Source: an uncultured Actinomycetes bacterium (GTDB lineage: Bacteria > Actinomycetota > Thermoleophilia > RBG-16-64-13). From it: DNA of 64,000 nt. Below are positions 51,348-59,864 of the stretch, piece after piece. The position numbers were made by a program, and so were the translations under genes. The notes beneath the pieces are model-generated. The model saw only the letters and a program-made list of their open reading frames with translations, ran no database searches and had not been told where the DNA came from. The stretch is taken from the NCBI GenBank assembly GCA_963809395.1, contig CAWEJM010000006.1, positions 15,922 to 79,921 on the forward strand, read 5' to 3'. Each line of letters starts with the position of its first letter. Position 1 is the stretch's first letter.

Positions 51348-51712
51348 TGGGCGCTCGCCTTCAGGAAGGCGTCGCGCAGGGTCTCGACGACGCGAGCGGC
51401 TTCGGCGAGCGGCTTTTCGTCCATGCTCAGGTTGGCGGCCAACAGCCGCGCCGAGACGAAGCCGTAGAGGCGGCTCAAGTTGGAGCACAGCTCGGGCGCG
51501 CTCTGGCGGTCGAGCGCCAGGGACAGCTCGTCGACGATGGCCAGCGCGTGGCTGATGGCGGTGCCCTTGCCGCCGGGATCGCGTGCGCGGATGAGCTCAC
51601 GCGCCTGGTCCATGTCCCTGAGCAGCCGCAGGTATAGCTCGTCGAGGAGGCGGGTGGGAGACGCCGACTCCAGGTACACCTGCTTGTACGCCTGTGCGCC
51701 GCGGGCGCTCAT
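51344..51712 (-). CDS. fliS: Flagellar export chaperone FliS
   Basis: MSARGAQAYKQVYLESASPTRLLDELYLRLL...SNLSRLYGFVSARL, within ORF 51344..51904. Confidence 0.8.
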   Translation of the reverse strand: MSARGAQAYKQVYLESASPTRLLDELYLRLLRDMDQARELIRARDPGGKGTAISHALAIVDELSLALDRQSAPELCSNLSRLYGFVSARLLAANLSMDEKPLAEAARVVETLRDAFLKASAQ

Positions 51713-51915
51713 TTCTTGCTGCTCGACGACGAGCTCGAGGAGAAGACGCTCGTCAAATAGCTTTGTTGGGTCTGAAAAGCCTGCATGAGCTTCTCCATGG
51801 CGGTGAACTGCGTCTGTAGCCGGGTCTCGAGCGCCGTGGCGCGCGCCTCGATGCGGGCGATCTCGGCTGTAAGGAGGGTCCCGCATAGATCGACGCCGCG
51901 CCACCCTTTTTTGCC
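51709..51915 (-). pseudogene. fliD: Flagellar cap protein FliD, C-terminal ~55 aa fragment only
   Basis: EIARIEARATALETRLQTQFTAMEKLMQAFQTQQSYLTSVF. Stop overlaps the fliS start. The frame opens just after a TAG, with no upstream FliD sequence. Confidence 0.55.
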
Positions 51916-51983
51916 GACCTAAGCTAGTGGTTGATCACTAATAGCATGGAGGGTCCGACCCGGGCCCACGAAGGGAGCTCACG

Positions 51984-53453
51984 TTGACTCGCAGGATCAC
52001 GCTCACGACATTCCTGATCACCTCTCTGGCCCTCTTCATGGTGTCGCTCGACAACCTCGTGGTGACGACCGCGCTTCCGGTGATCAAGCGGGAGCTCGGC
52101 GCCACGCTGGCCCAGCTCGAGTGGACCGTCAACGCCTATACCCTGACGTTCGCCGTCCTGCTGTTGACCGGCGCCGCGCTCGGCGACCGTTTCGGCCGCA
52201 AGCGGGTCTTCATCGTCGGCCTGACGATCTTCACCCTGGGTTCCGCCGCCGCCGCCCTCTCGACCACGGGTGACACGCTCGTCCTCGCCCGCGCCGTGCA
52301 GGGCCTCGGCGCGGCGATCGTGACGCCCCTGACGCTCACGATCCTCTCGGCTGCCGTGGCGCCTGAGCGCCGCGGGCTTGCCCTGGGCGCCTGGGGCGGT
52401 ATCACGGGCCTCGCGATCGCCCTCGGGCCGCTCGTCGGCGGCGCCATCGTGGAGGGCGTGAGCTGGCAGTGGATCTTCTGGGTGAACGTGCCGATCGGCC
52501 TCATCACCATCCCCCTCGCGGCGGCCTTCCTCGTCGAGAGCCGCGGCCCCGACACGCGGCTGGACATCCCTGGCCTCGCCTTTGCGTCGGGCGGCCTCCT
52601 GGCCCTCGTGTGGGGCCTGATTCACGGCAACGACGAAGGCTGGACGAGCGGCCCCATCGTGATGGCGTTCGTTGCGGCGGCGCTGCTCCTGGCCGGCTTC
52701 GTGGCCTGGGAGCGACGGACGCCGAGCCCGATGCTGCCGCCCCGGCTCTTCCGGAGCCGCCAGTTCAGCGCCGCGAACGGGGTCAGCTTCCTGATGTCGT
52801 TCGGGATGTTCGGCTCGATCTTCCTGCTGGCGCAGTTCTTCCAGGTCGTCCAGGGCTACTCGCCGTTCGAAGCGGGACTCCGGACCCTCCCGTGGACCGG
52901 CATGCCGATCATCGTGGCGCCGATCGCCGGCGCCCTTTCGGACCGGATCCATCCGCGCCTGCTGCTGGTGGCAGGCATGGGACTCATGGGAGCCGGCCTG
53001 GCGTGGATGGCCGCCCTCGTCACGCCGACGGTCGAGTACCTGGCCCTGGTGCCGGCATTCATGCTGGCCGGCACGGGAATGGCCCTGTACTTCGCCCCCA
53101 CCGCAAACCTCGTCCTCTCCGCGGTCCGCCGCGACGAGGAAGGGCGCGCCTCGGGCGCCAACAACACCATTCGGGAGGTCGGTGGCGTCTTCGGAGTGGC
53201 GATCCTCGCCTCGGTCTTCTCGGCCTTCGGTGGCTACGTCTCACCGCAGGCATTCGTCGACGGGCTCGTCCCGGCGGTCTGGGTCGGGGCGGTGGCCGTG
53301 AGCGCCGGCGCGTTCGTGGCGCTCCTCATCCCGGCACGTCGCGCGCTCGCGATCGGCAACGAGCCGAGGGCGACGGATCGTCCAGGGCTCGGATCGCTCG
53401 GCGCGCTCGGCGAGCCGGCCCTCGCTCCGGAGCCGGTGCGGATCGACCGCTGA
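51984..53453 (+). CDS. MFS transporter, DHA2 (EmrB/QacA) family
   Basis: Intact 489 aa, TTG start after GAAGGGAG. LGDRFGRKRVF and 14-TM-type layout. Confidence 0.85.
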   Translation: MTRRITLTTFLITSLALFMVSLDNLVVTTALPVIKRELGATLAQLEWTVNAYTLTFAVLLLTGAALGDRFGRKRVFIVGLTIFTLGSAAAALSTTGDTLVLARAVQGLGAAIVTPLTLTILSAAVAPERRGLALGAWGGITGLAIALGPLVGGAIVEGVSWQWIFWVNVPIGLITIPLAAAFLVESRGPDTRLDIPGLAFASGGLLALVWGLIHGNDEGWTSGPIVMAFVAAALLLAGFVAWERRTPSPMLPPRLFRSRQFSAANGVSFLMSFGMFGSIFLLAQFFQVVQGYSPFEAGLRTLPWTGMPIIVAPIAGALSDRIHPRLLLVAGMGLMGAGLAWMAALVTPTVEYLALVPAFMLAGTGMALYFAPTANLVLSAVRRDEEGRASGANNTIREVGGVFGVAILASVFSAFGGYVSPQAFVDGLVPAVWVGAVAVSAGAFVALLIPARRALAIGNEPRATDRPGLGSLGALGEPALAPEPVRIDR

Positions 53454-53472
53454 CGGCCGACGGCAGGAACAC

Positions 53473-53500
53473 GCGTGCCCCGGCGCCAGCCGGGGCACGC
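53473..53500. terminator. GC-rich hairpin between convergent genes
   Basis: GCGTGCCCCGG-CGCCAG-CCGGGGCACGC: 11-bp stem, no U-tract. Confidence 0.4.
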
Positions 53501-53604
53501 CCTTGCCCGGCTCGCCTCGACAAGCTCAGCCTGACAAGCAGCGGCGGCCACGATGTCCGCGAGGCGGCCTCGTCGAGATGCCCGGCGACGGAACGGGCCG
53601 CGAC

Positions 53605-54309
53605 CTAAAGGTCCGCGACGTCGATCAGGCCGCGACGGATCGCGTACTTGAGAAGCTCCACGCGGTCGTGGAAGCCGAGCTTCTCCATCACGTTCGCCCG
53701 GTAGTTGTGGATCGTCTGCTCCGAGAGATGGAGCGTCCGGGCGATCTCCCGGTTCGTGTGGCCGACGGCCGCGAGGAGCATGACCTCGCGCTCACGCTCG
53801 CTGAGCGTCTCGTACGGGTCCTCGAGCGTTCCCTGGGGCGTCTTCAGGACGTACGTGTTCACCATGCGCGTGACGATCGATGGGCTGACGTACGTCTGGC
53901 CGCGGCTGATCGAACGGAGGGCCGTCACGAAGTCGGAGGCGTGGGCCTCCCGGGTCAGGAAGCCGTCGGCACCCGCCTTGATGGCGAGCGAGAACTGCTC
54001 GCTCGTGCAGCGACACTCGACCGCCAGGATCTTCATGCCAGGCTTCGCGGCTCGCACGGCCTCGATCTGCTGGAACGAGGTGCAGCCCGAGCGGTCGTAG
54101 GGCAGGCACTCGGTGATCACCGCATCCGCGGGCGAGCGCATGACTTCCTCGCGCATCGCGTCGCGGTCCTGGACCTCGCCGAGCACTTCCATGTCGGGCT
54201 CGGCGTCGATGACCTCGCGCAGCCCGACGTTGAGCATCGGGAAGTCGAAGATAGCCAGGAGCACGCCGAGCTTCCTGCCGTTCGCCGGGCCGTGCCCGTT
54301 CGTGCTCAC
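53605..54309 (-). CDS. LuxR/NarL-type regulator with degenerate Cys-rich receiver domain (paralog 1)
   Basis: GTG start after GAGGTGA. C-terminal HTH LSEREREVMLLAAVGHTNREIARTLHLSEQTIHNYRANVMEKLG. The receiver has ITECLPY in place of the phospho-Asp motif, and ECRC. Confidence 0.75.
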   Translation of the reverse strand: MSTNGHGPANGRKLGVLLAIFDFPMLNVGLREVIDAEPDMEVLGEVQDRDAMREEVMRSPADAVITECLPYDRSGCTSFQQIEAVRAAKPGMKILAVECRCTSEQFSLAIKAGADGFLTREAHASDFVTALRSISRGQTYVSPSIVTRMVNTYVLKTPQGTLEDPYETLSEREREVMLLAAVGHTNREIARTLHLSEQTIHNYRANVMEKLGFHDRVELLKYAIRRGLIDVADL

Positions 54310-54458
54310 GCTGATGTCATCACCTCGCGGAAGGCGCTCCGGATAAACGCCCGGGACGCGGGTACCACTATCCGCCGACGGCGGGGGGTACGGCGTAGGG
54401 CCATCCGTCGCGTATGCGGATCCCTGTGGCCCCCCGCGGGCGGGACGAGCGGCCCCGG

Positions 54459-55223
54459 CTAGTCCTGCGCGCGGGTCTCCCCGTGGCAGAAGGTGCACAT
54501 GCCGGCCCGCGAGACCAGGTCATGTGGAGCGGTCGGCGCGGCCGTCGGCGACTGGGCGTGGCATGCCAGGCACATGGCGTTGGTGCGGTCCCGGTGATCG
54601 CCCGGGAGGGCGCCCACCTTGCCTGCCACGTGGCACGTGAGGCACTTCCCATCGGTGGGCGTCGGATGCTCGTACGCGGGCGCCTGCGCGCCCGATCCCT
54701 GGTGGCACAGCCAGCATGTGGTGCCCGAGCGATTGCGCATGCTGGCCGGCAGCGGCGCGAGCGACCCGTGACAGCCCAGGCAGTTCGCGTTCTTGGCGAG
54801 CGAATGCGGGCGATCGACTGCCGCGGGCGTCGTCGCCTTGTGGCAGAGGAGGCACTGGTCGGCGTGGATCCCGCTGTGGCCCGGCGCCGTCTTGACCAGG
54901 CGGTCGTTCGCATGACACTGGGTGCAGCTGGTCCATCCCTGGAGGGGGTGTCCGATGGGCGGCACGGCCACCGTGTCGCCGGGCGTCTTGTGGCACGCCG
55001 TGCAGTCGCCCGTCGGCATCTGCAGGGCGAGCTCGCCCGGCGGCGTGGACGGCGAGGCCGTCGGCACGGGAAGGGGCAGGGGAGTGGGCGTCGGAGCCTG
55101 CGCCGCGCGCCGCGGCTCCAGGCCGAAGCTGATGACGGCCAGGCCGATCGCGATCCCGATCGCCAGCATGGCGAACGCCGCAACGAGCCCTGCCACGACG
55201 CGTCGGATCCTCCTCGTCTTCAC
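54459..55223 (-). CDS. Membrane-anchored octahaem c-type cytochrome
   Basis: N-terminal TM, Pro-rich linker, and 8 CxxCH (CTACH, CTQCH, CLLCH, CLGCH, CWLCH, CLTCH, CLACH, CTFCH). Confidence 0.85.
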   Translation of the reverse strand: MKTRRIRRVVAGLVAAFAMLAIGIAIGLAVISFGLEPRRAAQAPTPTPLPLPVPTASPSTPPGELALQMPTGDCTACHKTPGDTVAVPPIGHPLQGWTSCTQCHANDRLVKTAPGHSGIHADQCLLCHKATTPAAVDRPHSLAKNANCLGCHGSLAPLPASMRNRSGTTCWLCHQGSGAQAPAYEHPTPTDGKCLTCHVAGKVGALPGDHRDRTNAMCLACHAQSPTAAPTAPHDLVSRAGMCTFCHGETRAQD

Positions 55224-56602
55224 CCGGCACCTCCGGATCCGTCCATCACCGGTGCGGAGAGCGCGACGGCAGGTGGGGTTGCCGGCGCGACGGCGGGCGG
55301 CGCCGGGACGTGCGCGGCGGGCGCTGCCGGGACGTGCACGGCCGGTGCCGCGTCATCGTCGTCGGCAGGCGGGCGCGACGCCCGGACGAGATGGCCCTCG
55401 TGCTCGCCCATCGGCAGGTAGCGCTCCATGAGGGTATAGGCGAGGCCGATGAAGCCGAGCGCTCCCACGACGATCGCGATCTCGACGGGAGACGGCGTAT
55501 ACGTCGCCCACGGCGACGAGACGACTCCCGAGACTGCCGTCGTCGGCGCGATCTGGCCGGCGTTCACGAAGAGCATCCGGTCGGCGAAGAGGCCGACGAA
55601 CGCCAGGACGGAGGCCGCGAAGAGGCCGGCCGGCGTCCGCGTCCCGGGCAGGACGAGGACCGCCATCGGGACGGCCAGCCCGAGGCCGACGCGGATCACC
55701 CAGAAGGGGATCGCGAGCGGCCCGACGAGCAGCGCGAGCGTGGCGTCGGAGAGCCCGGGGACCGCGCCGTAGAGGCCCATGATCGTCTGCAGCAGGAGGA
55801 GGAGCGCGGCCACAACAAGGACGATCGTGAGCACCAACCGCAGGGCCGGGATCGCCAGGCTCGTCCCGCGCTCCCAGCCGGCGAGGCGGAAGCGGAAGAC
55901 GCAGTAGAAGACGATCCCGAGGAGTGCCGTGCCCGACAGCAGGGCGGACACGATCATGAACAGCGGCGTGAAGGGACCGTGCCAGAACCCGCGCGCGGCC
56001 AGCACGCCGAACACCGCCCCCAGGGTCGCCGGGGCGAAGATGGCCGTGACCGAGGAGCACAGGCAGGCGACCCGGTGGACCCCCCAGCGCCCGGTGAACA
56101 TGCTCCACACCTCGGTGAGGAGGAACACTAGGTAGACACCGTAGAAGACGCCCATCCACCACATCGGCGACAACGGCGACGGGCTGAGGACGGCCCCGAA
56201 CGCCAGGCGGAGGGGGTAGTGGAGGTCGAGGGCGATCACGCCGAATGCGGTGACCAGGCTGAGGACCGCGAGCAGCGCGTGGCGCTTCTCGAGCGGCATG
56301 AACATCTCGATCCCGAAGACCGTGCCGAGCGAGGAGACCAGGCACAGCCCGCTCGTGGTGATGGCGAAGAAGACGTAGGCGCCGATGAGGATCCCCCACT
56401 CGGTGGTGGGCGTCGTCCCGAAGACCTCCCACCCGGGAGGCAGGCTGAGGATCGCGCCGACCGCGCCGACCAGGCACAGGACGGACAGGAAGCCGAGCCA
56501 GAGCTTCAGGGGCCGCGGCGTCGTCGCGATCTCGATCCGGAGCGCGCCGATGGCGACCCGCGGGTCGGCGGACAGGTGGCGGCCGGCGACGTGGACGCTC
56601 AT
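55220..56602 (-). CDS. NrfD/PsrC-family integral membrane quinol-interacting subunit
   Basis: Internal ATG of ORF 55220..57760. 460-aa polytopic protein with a Pro/Ala-rich C-terminal tail. 1-nt overlap with the upstream Fe-S gene. Confidence 0.8.
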   Translation of the reverse strand: MSVHVAGRHLSADPRVAIGALRIEIATTPRPLKLWLGFLSVLCLVGAVGAILSLPPGWEVFGTTPTTEWGILIGAYVFFAITTSGLCLVSSLGTVFGIEMFMPLEKRHALLAVLSLVTAFGVIALDLHYPLRLAFGAVLSPSPLSPMWWMGVFYGVYLVFLLTEVWSMFTGRWGVHRVACLCSSVTAIFAPATLGAVFGVLAARGFWHGPFTPLFMIVSALLSGTALLGIVFYCVFRFRLAGWERGTSLAIPALRLVLTIVLVVAALLLLLQTIMGLYGAVPGLSDATLALLVGPLAIPFWVIRVGLGLAVPMAVLVLPGTRTPAGLFAASVLAFVGLFADRMLFVNAGQIAPTTAVSGVVSSPWATYTPSPVEIAIVVGALGFIGLAYTLMERYLPMGEHEGHLVRASRPPADDDDAAPAVHVPAAPAAHVPAPPAVAPATPPAVALSAPVMDGSGGAG

Positions 56603-57474
56603 CAGTCCACCTCCCCCTGCAGGCCCTTGTAGTAGACCTTCGGCCTCGTACCCAGCGAGGGCCGCATCGTCCGGACCCGGTCGTCGAGGATCGTGGTGCT
56701 CACGACGCTGGTCGGGTCCTTCAGGTCGCCGAAGATGCGAGCCTGGACGGGGCACACCTCGACGCACGCCGGCAGCTGGCCCCGGGTCGTCCGGTGGTAG
56801 CAGAACGTGCACTTGTCGGCGACGCCCGCAACGCCCTTCGGCGTCGTCTCGCCGGCCGGCACCATGTAGCGTGCGCCGTAGGGGCACGAGACGAGACAGT
56901 ACCCGCAGCCGATGCACCGGTCCTGGTCGACCAGAACGACTCCGTCGGGCGTCCGGTAGGTGGCGCTGACGGGACAGACCGTGACGCAGGGCGGGTTCTC
57001 GCACTGCATGCAGAGGCGGGGCACGAAGTAGGCTTCGCGGACGGTCGCCCCTGGCGCCGGTGGGAGCGCGCCCTCCGGCGGGAACCCGCGGACTCCGCCG
57101 TCGGGCGACTCGATCCGGACCGTCCCGTCGTCCAGGAGGGCGTGGAGCTCGATCCAGGTCCGGTTGCAGGTTGGCTCCTCGGGGACGTGGTTCTCGAGCT
57201 TGCAGGCCTCGACGCAGCGGCCGCAGCCGATGCACGTCGTCGTGTCGACCACGTAGCCCCACCGATGTGCCGCCGGGTCGTACTGCCCCGCCGGCGAGGG
57301 CATCTCGGCCGCTGCGGCCACGCCGTCGTCGGTGGTCGAGAGCAGGAGGCCCAGCGCCCTGGCGCCCACGATGCCGGGGACGATGGCCAGGCCGAGCCCC
57401 AGGAGGCGGCGCCGCGAGAGCGCCATCCGGCCCCGAGCGGGGGCCTCCGAGTTGGTCACGTGGGGATCGCTCAT
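56602..57474 (-). CDS. Tat-exported four-cluster ferredoxin subunit (NrfC/PsrB/DmsB type)
   Basis: SRRRLLGLG twin-arginine motif. CIGCGRCVEAC, CMQCENPPCVTVCP, CIGCGYCLVSCP, CTFC...CVEVCP. Confidence 0.85.
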   Translation of the reverse strand: MSDPHVTNSEAPARGRMALSRRRLLGLGLAIVPGIVGARALGLLLSTTDDGVAAAAEMPSPAGQYDPAAHRWGYVVDTTTCIGCGRCVEACKLENHVPEEPTCNRTWIELHALLDDGTVRIESPDGGVRGFPPEGALPPAPGATVREAYFVPRLCMQCENPPCVTVCPVSATYRTPDGVVLVDQDRCIGCGYCLVSCPYGARYMVPAGETTPKGVAGVADKCTFCYHRTTRGQLPACVEVCPVQARIFGDLKDPTSVVSTTILDDRVRTMRPSLGTRPKVYYKGLQGEVD

Positions 57475-57483
57475 GGGGCGCTC

Positions 57484-58179
57484 CTAGTCGCCGGCCGTCG
57501 ACGGCTTGTGGCAGGTCCGGCAGACCGCGTCCGGGCCTTCCTCGTGCCCGACGGGCACGGGCTTGAGTCCAGCCGGCCGGTGGCAGGTGACACACGCCGG
57601 CAGGTTTGCCAGCGAGTGCGAGATGTCGGGGGGCCGTAGCGCCGTCGTGGCGTGGCTGTCGTGGCAGCCCAGGCAAGGGGCGCCGGCGTAGTGCTTCGTC
57701 AGGTCGACCTGGGGGAAGGTGAGCCGCCTCCCGGTCACGGCGGCATGGCAGACCGCGCACAGCCCGTCGGACGGCTTCTCGATCGCGAGGCTCCCTGCGG
57801 GCGCCGTGACCGGCGCCGTGGCCGCATGCTCGGCCAACGGCCCGTGGCAGCTCTCACAGGTCACCGCTGCGTGCTTGGCTGCCTGCCACGGCGCGTACTC
57901 GCGCGCGTGGCAGCGCTGGCACAGCGCGGAGTCCGCGTATTGCGGGGTGAGGGCCGCCCACGACCGGGCGTTCTGCTCGGGGTGGAAGCCATACTCGTCG
58001 TAGACCCGGGGGATCACCACCAGGATGGCCATGGCAGAGATGGTCATGACTGCGACCAGGGCGACGCCGGCCACCACGGCCTTGAGCGTTCGCCGCGGGC
58101 CGGATGGACGCAGGCGTCGCAGCGAGGCCCGCAGGGCCGCAGGGCGCCCGCCCCCGAGCGCCGCGCGCAGGCGGGTCAC
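57484..58179 (-). CDS. Membrane-anchored hexahaem c-type cytochrome
   Basis: N-terminal TM and 6 CxxCH (CQRCH, CESCH, CAVCH, CLGCH, CVTCH, CRTCH). GTG start overlaps the regulator stop (GTGA). Confidence 0.85.
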   Translation of the reverse strand: MTRLRAALGGGRPAALRASLRRLRPSGPRRTLKAVVAGVALVAVMTISAMAILVVIPRVYDEYGFHPEQNARSWAALTPQYADSALCQRCHAREYAPWQAAKHAAVTCESCHGPLAEHAATAPVTAPAGSLAIEKPSDGLCAVCHAAVTGRRLTFPQVDLTKHYAGAPCLGCHDSHATTALRPPDISHSLANLPACVTCHRPAGLKPVPVGHEEGPDAVCRTCHKPSTAGD

Positions 58180-58883
58180 AGCTCCGCCGCCTGGATCACG
58201 CCGCGACGAAGCGCGTACCTCAGGAGGTCGACCCGGTCATGGAAGCCGAGCTTCTCCATGATCGTGGCCCGGTGGTTGTGCACCGTCTGCTCCGAGACGT
58301 GGAGCGTGCGTGCGATCTCGCGATTCGTGTGCCCGAAGGCGGCGAGGCGGAAGATCTCGCGCGACCGCTCGCTGAGCGACTCGTAGGCGTCCGCCTGCCC
58401 CGCCTCGGGCCCGCGCAGGACGTAGGTGTTCACCATCCGCGTGACGACCGCCGGGCTCACGTACGTCTCGCCGGCGGCGATGCGACGCACGGCTTCGAGG
58501 ACGTCGGCGGGCTGGGCCTCGCGGGTGAGGAAGCCGTCGGCGCCGGCCTTGATGGCCAGCGAGAACTGCTCGCTGCCACAGCGGCACTCGATCGCCAGGA
58601 TCTTGACGGTCGGGTTCGCCGCCCGGATCGTCTCGATCGCCTGGAACGACACGCAGCCCGTGCTCCCGTAGGGCAGGCACTCCGTGATGACGACATCGGC
58701 AGCGGACCGGGCCACCTGGTCCCGCACCGGCTCGCCGTCGTCGAGGACGCCGACGACATGCATGTCGGCCTGCCTGTCGATCAACGCGCGAAAGCCGGCG
58801 ACGAGCGCCGGAAAGCTGGCGATGCCGAGGTACACGCCGAGACGCTGACCATTGCCCGGCAGGGGCCCCTGGGCTCCCATCAC
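58176..58883 (-). CDS. LuxR/NarL-type regulator with degenerate Cys-rich receiver domain (paralog 2)
   Basis: Same architecture as 53605..54309: ITECLPYGSTGC, ILAIECRC, AIKAGADGFLTRE, HTH LSERSREIFRLAAFGHTNREIARTLHVSEQTVHNH. Confidence 0.75.
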   Translation of the reverse strand: MMGAQGPLPGNGQRLGVYLGIASFPALVAGFRALIDRQADMHVVGVLDDGEPVRDQVARSAADVVITECLPYGSTGCVSFQAIETIRAANPTVKILAIECRCGSEQFSLAIKAGADGFLTREAQPADVLEAVRRIAAGETYVSPAVVTRMVNTYVLRGPEAGQADAYESLSERSREIFRLAAFGHTNREIARTLHVSEQTVHNHRATIMEKLGFHDRVDLLRYALRRGVIQAAEL

Positions 58884-58905
58884 GCGTTCGCCCCAGGATC
58901 CCGGC

Positions 58906-59208
58906 TCAGCCGTGCGCCGCGACGCTGTGCGCCCGCCTTCGAAGCGCGAGGGCCCATGCGACGGGCGTGGCCGCGAAGATGATCACGCTCACGATGACGC
59001 CGACCGTCGCCGCCCCGGTCCCGAGGGTGAAAAGCAGGCCGTAGGTGACGATGAACAGGATGATGAACTCGCAGGCCATCGAAAGCAGCGTGAGAGCGAG
59101 CCAGGGGGCCACAAGGGAGCGTCCGCTGCTGCCCGGAACCCGCAGGAGCGCAGCGCCGATCACCAGCAGCCAGATCAGGAGCGCCACCAGGACTTCAACG
59201 CTGTCCAT
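58906..59208 (-). CDS. Small hypothetical membrane protein (about 3 TM)
   Basis: Internal ATG of ORF 58906..59328. Hydrophobic segments only. Confidence 0.4.
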   Translation of the reverse strand: MDSVEVLVALLIWLLVIGAALLRVPGSSGRSLVAPWLALTLLSMACEFIILFIVTYGLLFTLGTGAATVGVIVSVIIFAATPVAWALALRRRAHSVAAHG

Positions 59209-59332
59209 GTCCGTGTCCTCGTCAACCCATGGGCGTCGGACTCGATCCGTTCGACGTAGCCTGAATCTGGGTGTCTCGAGCGCGGACGGGTACCGCATAC
59301 CGGGGCCATGTTGGTCCGACAGACGCACTCAA

Positions 59333-59405
59333 CTTGGGCAACGGTCGTGGGAATTGCCGCGACCGTCGGCGGCGATTGGGCAACGCTCGTCGACAATGGA
59401 GCAAC
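59333..59405. promoter_or_regulatory. Three phased direct repeats (TTGGGCAACG-type) upstream of the membrane protein / regulator / cytochrome operon
   Basis: TTGGGCAACGgTCGT at 59333, TTGGGCAACGcTCGT at 59375, TGGAGCAACGcCCGT at 59396. The GCAACG cores are spaced 42 and 21 bp apart. Confidence 0.45.
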
Positions 59406-59444
59406 GCCCGTTGGTCGCGGGACGACGCCCGCCAGGTGTCGGGG

Positions 59445-59864
59445 TCAGGCGCCGTCCTGGCGCGATCGACCGACGACGCGGACGATGCCTCGCCCGATCC
59501 CGTAGCCGATCACGACCGGCGGCAGGAACCAGAACAACGCCATCACGCCCTGGACGGGGTCGATCGGGACCGGGTTGCCCACCGAGGATGCCAGGAGCGG
59601 GATCGTCACGAGGCCGAGCAGGGCGCCGACGACCACGAAGCCGAGGCCCGGCCATCCGTTCGTCAGGATCCCGGCGAGGCTGCCGGCGAGGAGCAGGATG
59701 ATCGGCGACACGAGGATGCCGTTGAGCGCGCACTCGGCGGTCAGGCCCTGGGTGGCGCAGCTGAGGAGAGCGCCGCCGAACAACGCCGCCGGGCACGCGA
59801 CGGCGACGAGGAGCAGCGCGGCCATGTCGCGGATCATGGTCCTGGAGGCCAGGCTCACGGGCAC
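59445..59864 (-). CDS. Hypothetical membrane protein
   Basis: 139-aa ORF with 4 hydrophobic segments. No recognisable motif. Start not resolved. Confidence 0.4.
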   Translation of the reverse strand: MPVSLASRTMIRDMAALLLVAVACPAALFGGALLSCATQGLTAECALNGILVSPIILLLAGSLAGILTNGWPGLGFVVVGALLGLVTIPLLASSVGNPVPIDPVQGVMALFWFLPPVVIGYGIGRGIVRVVGRSRQDGA

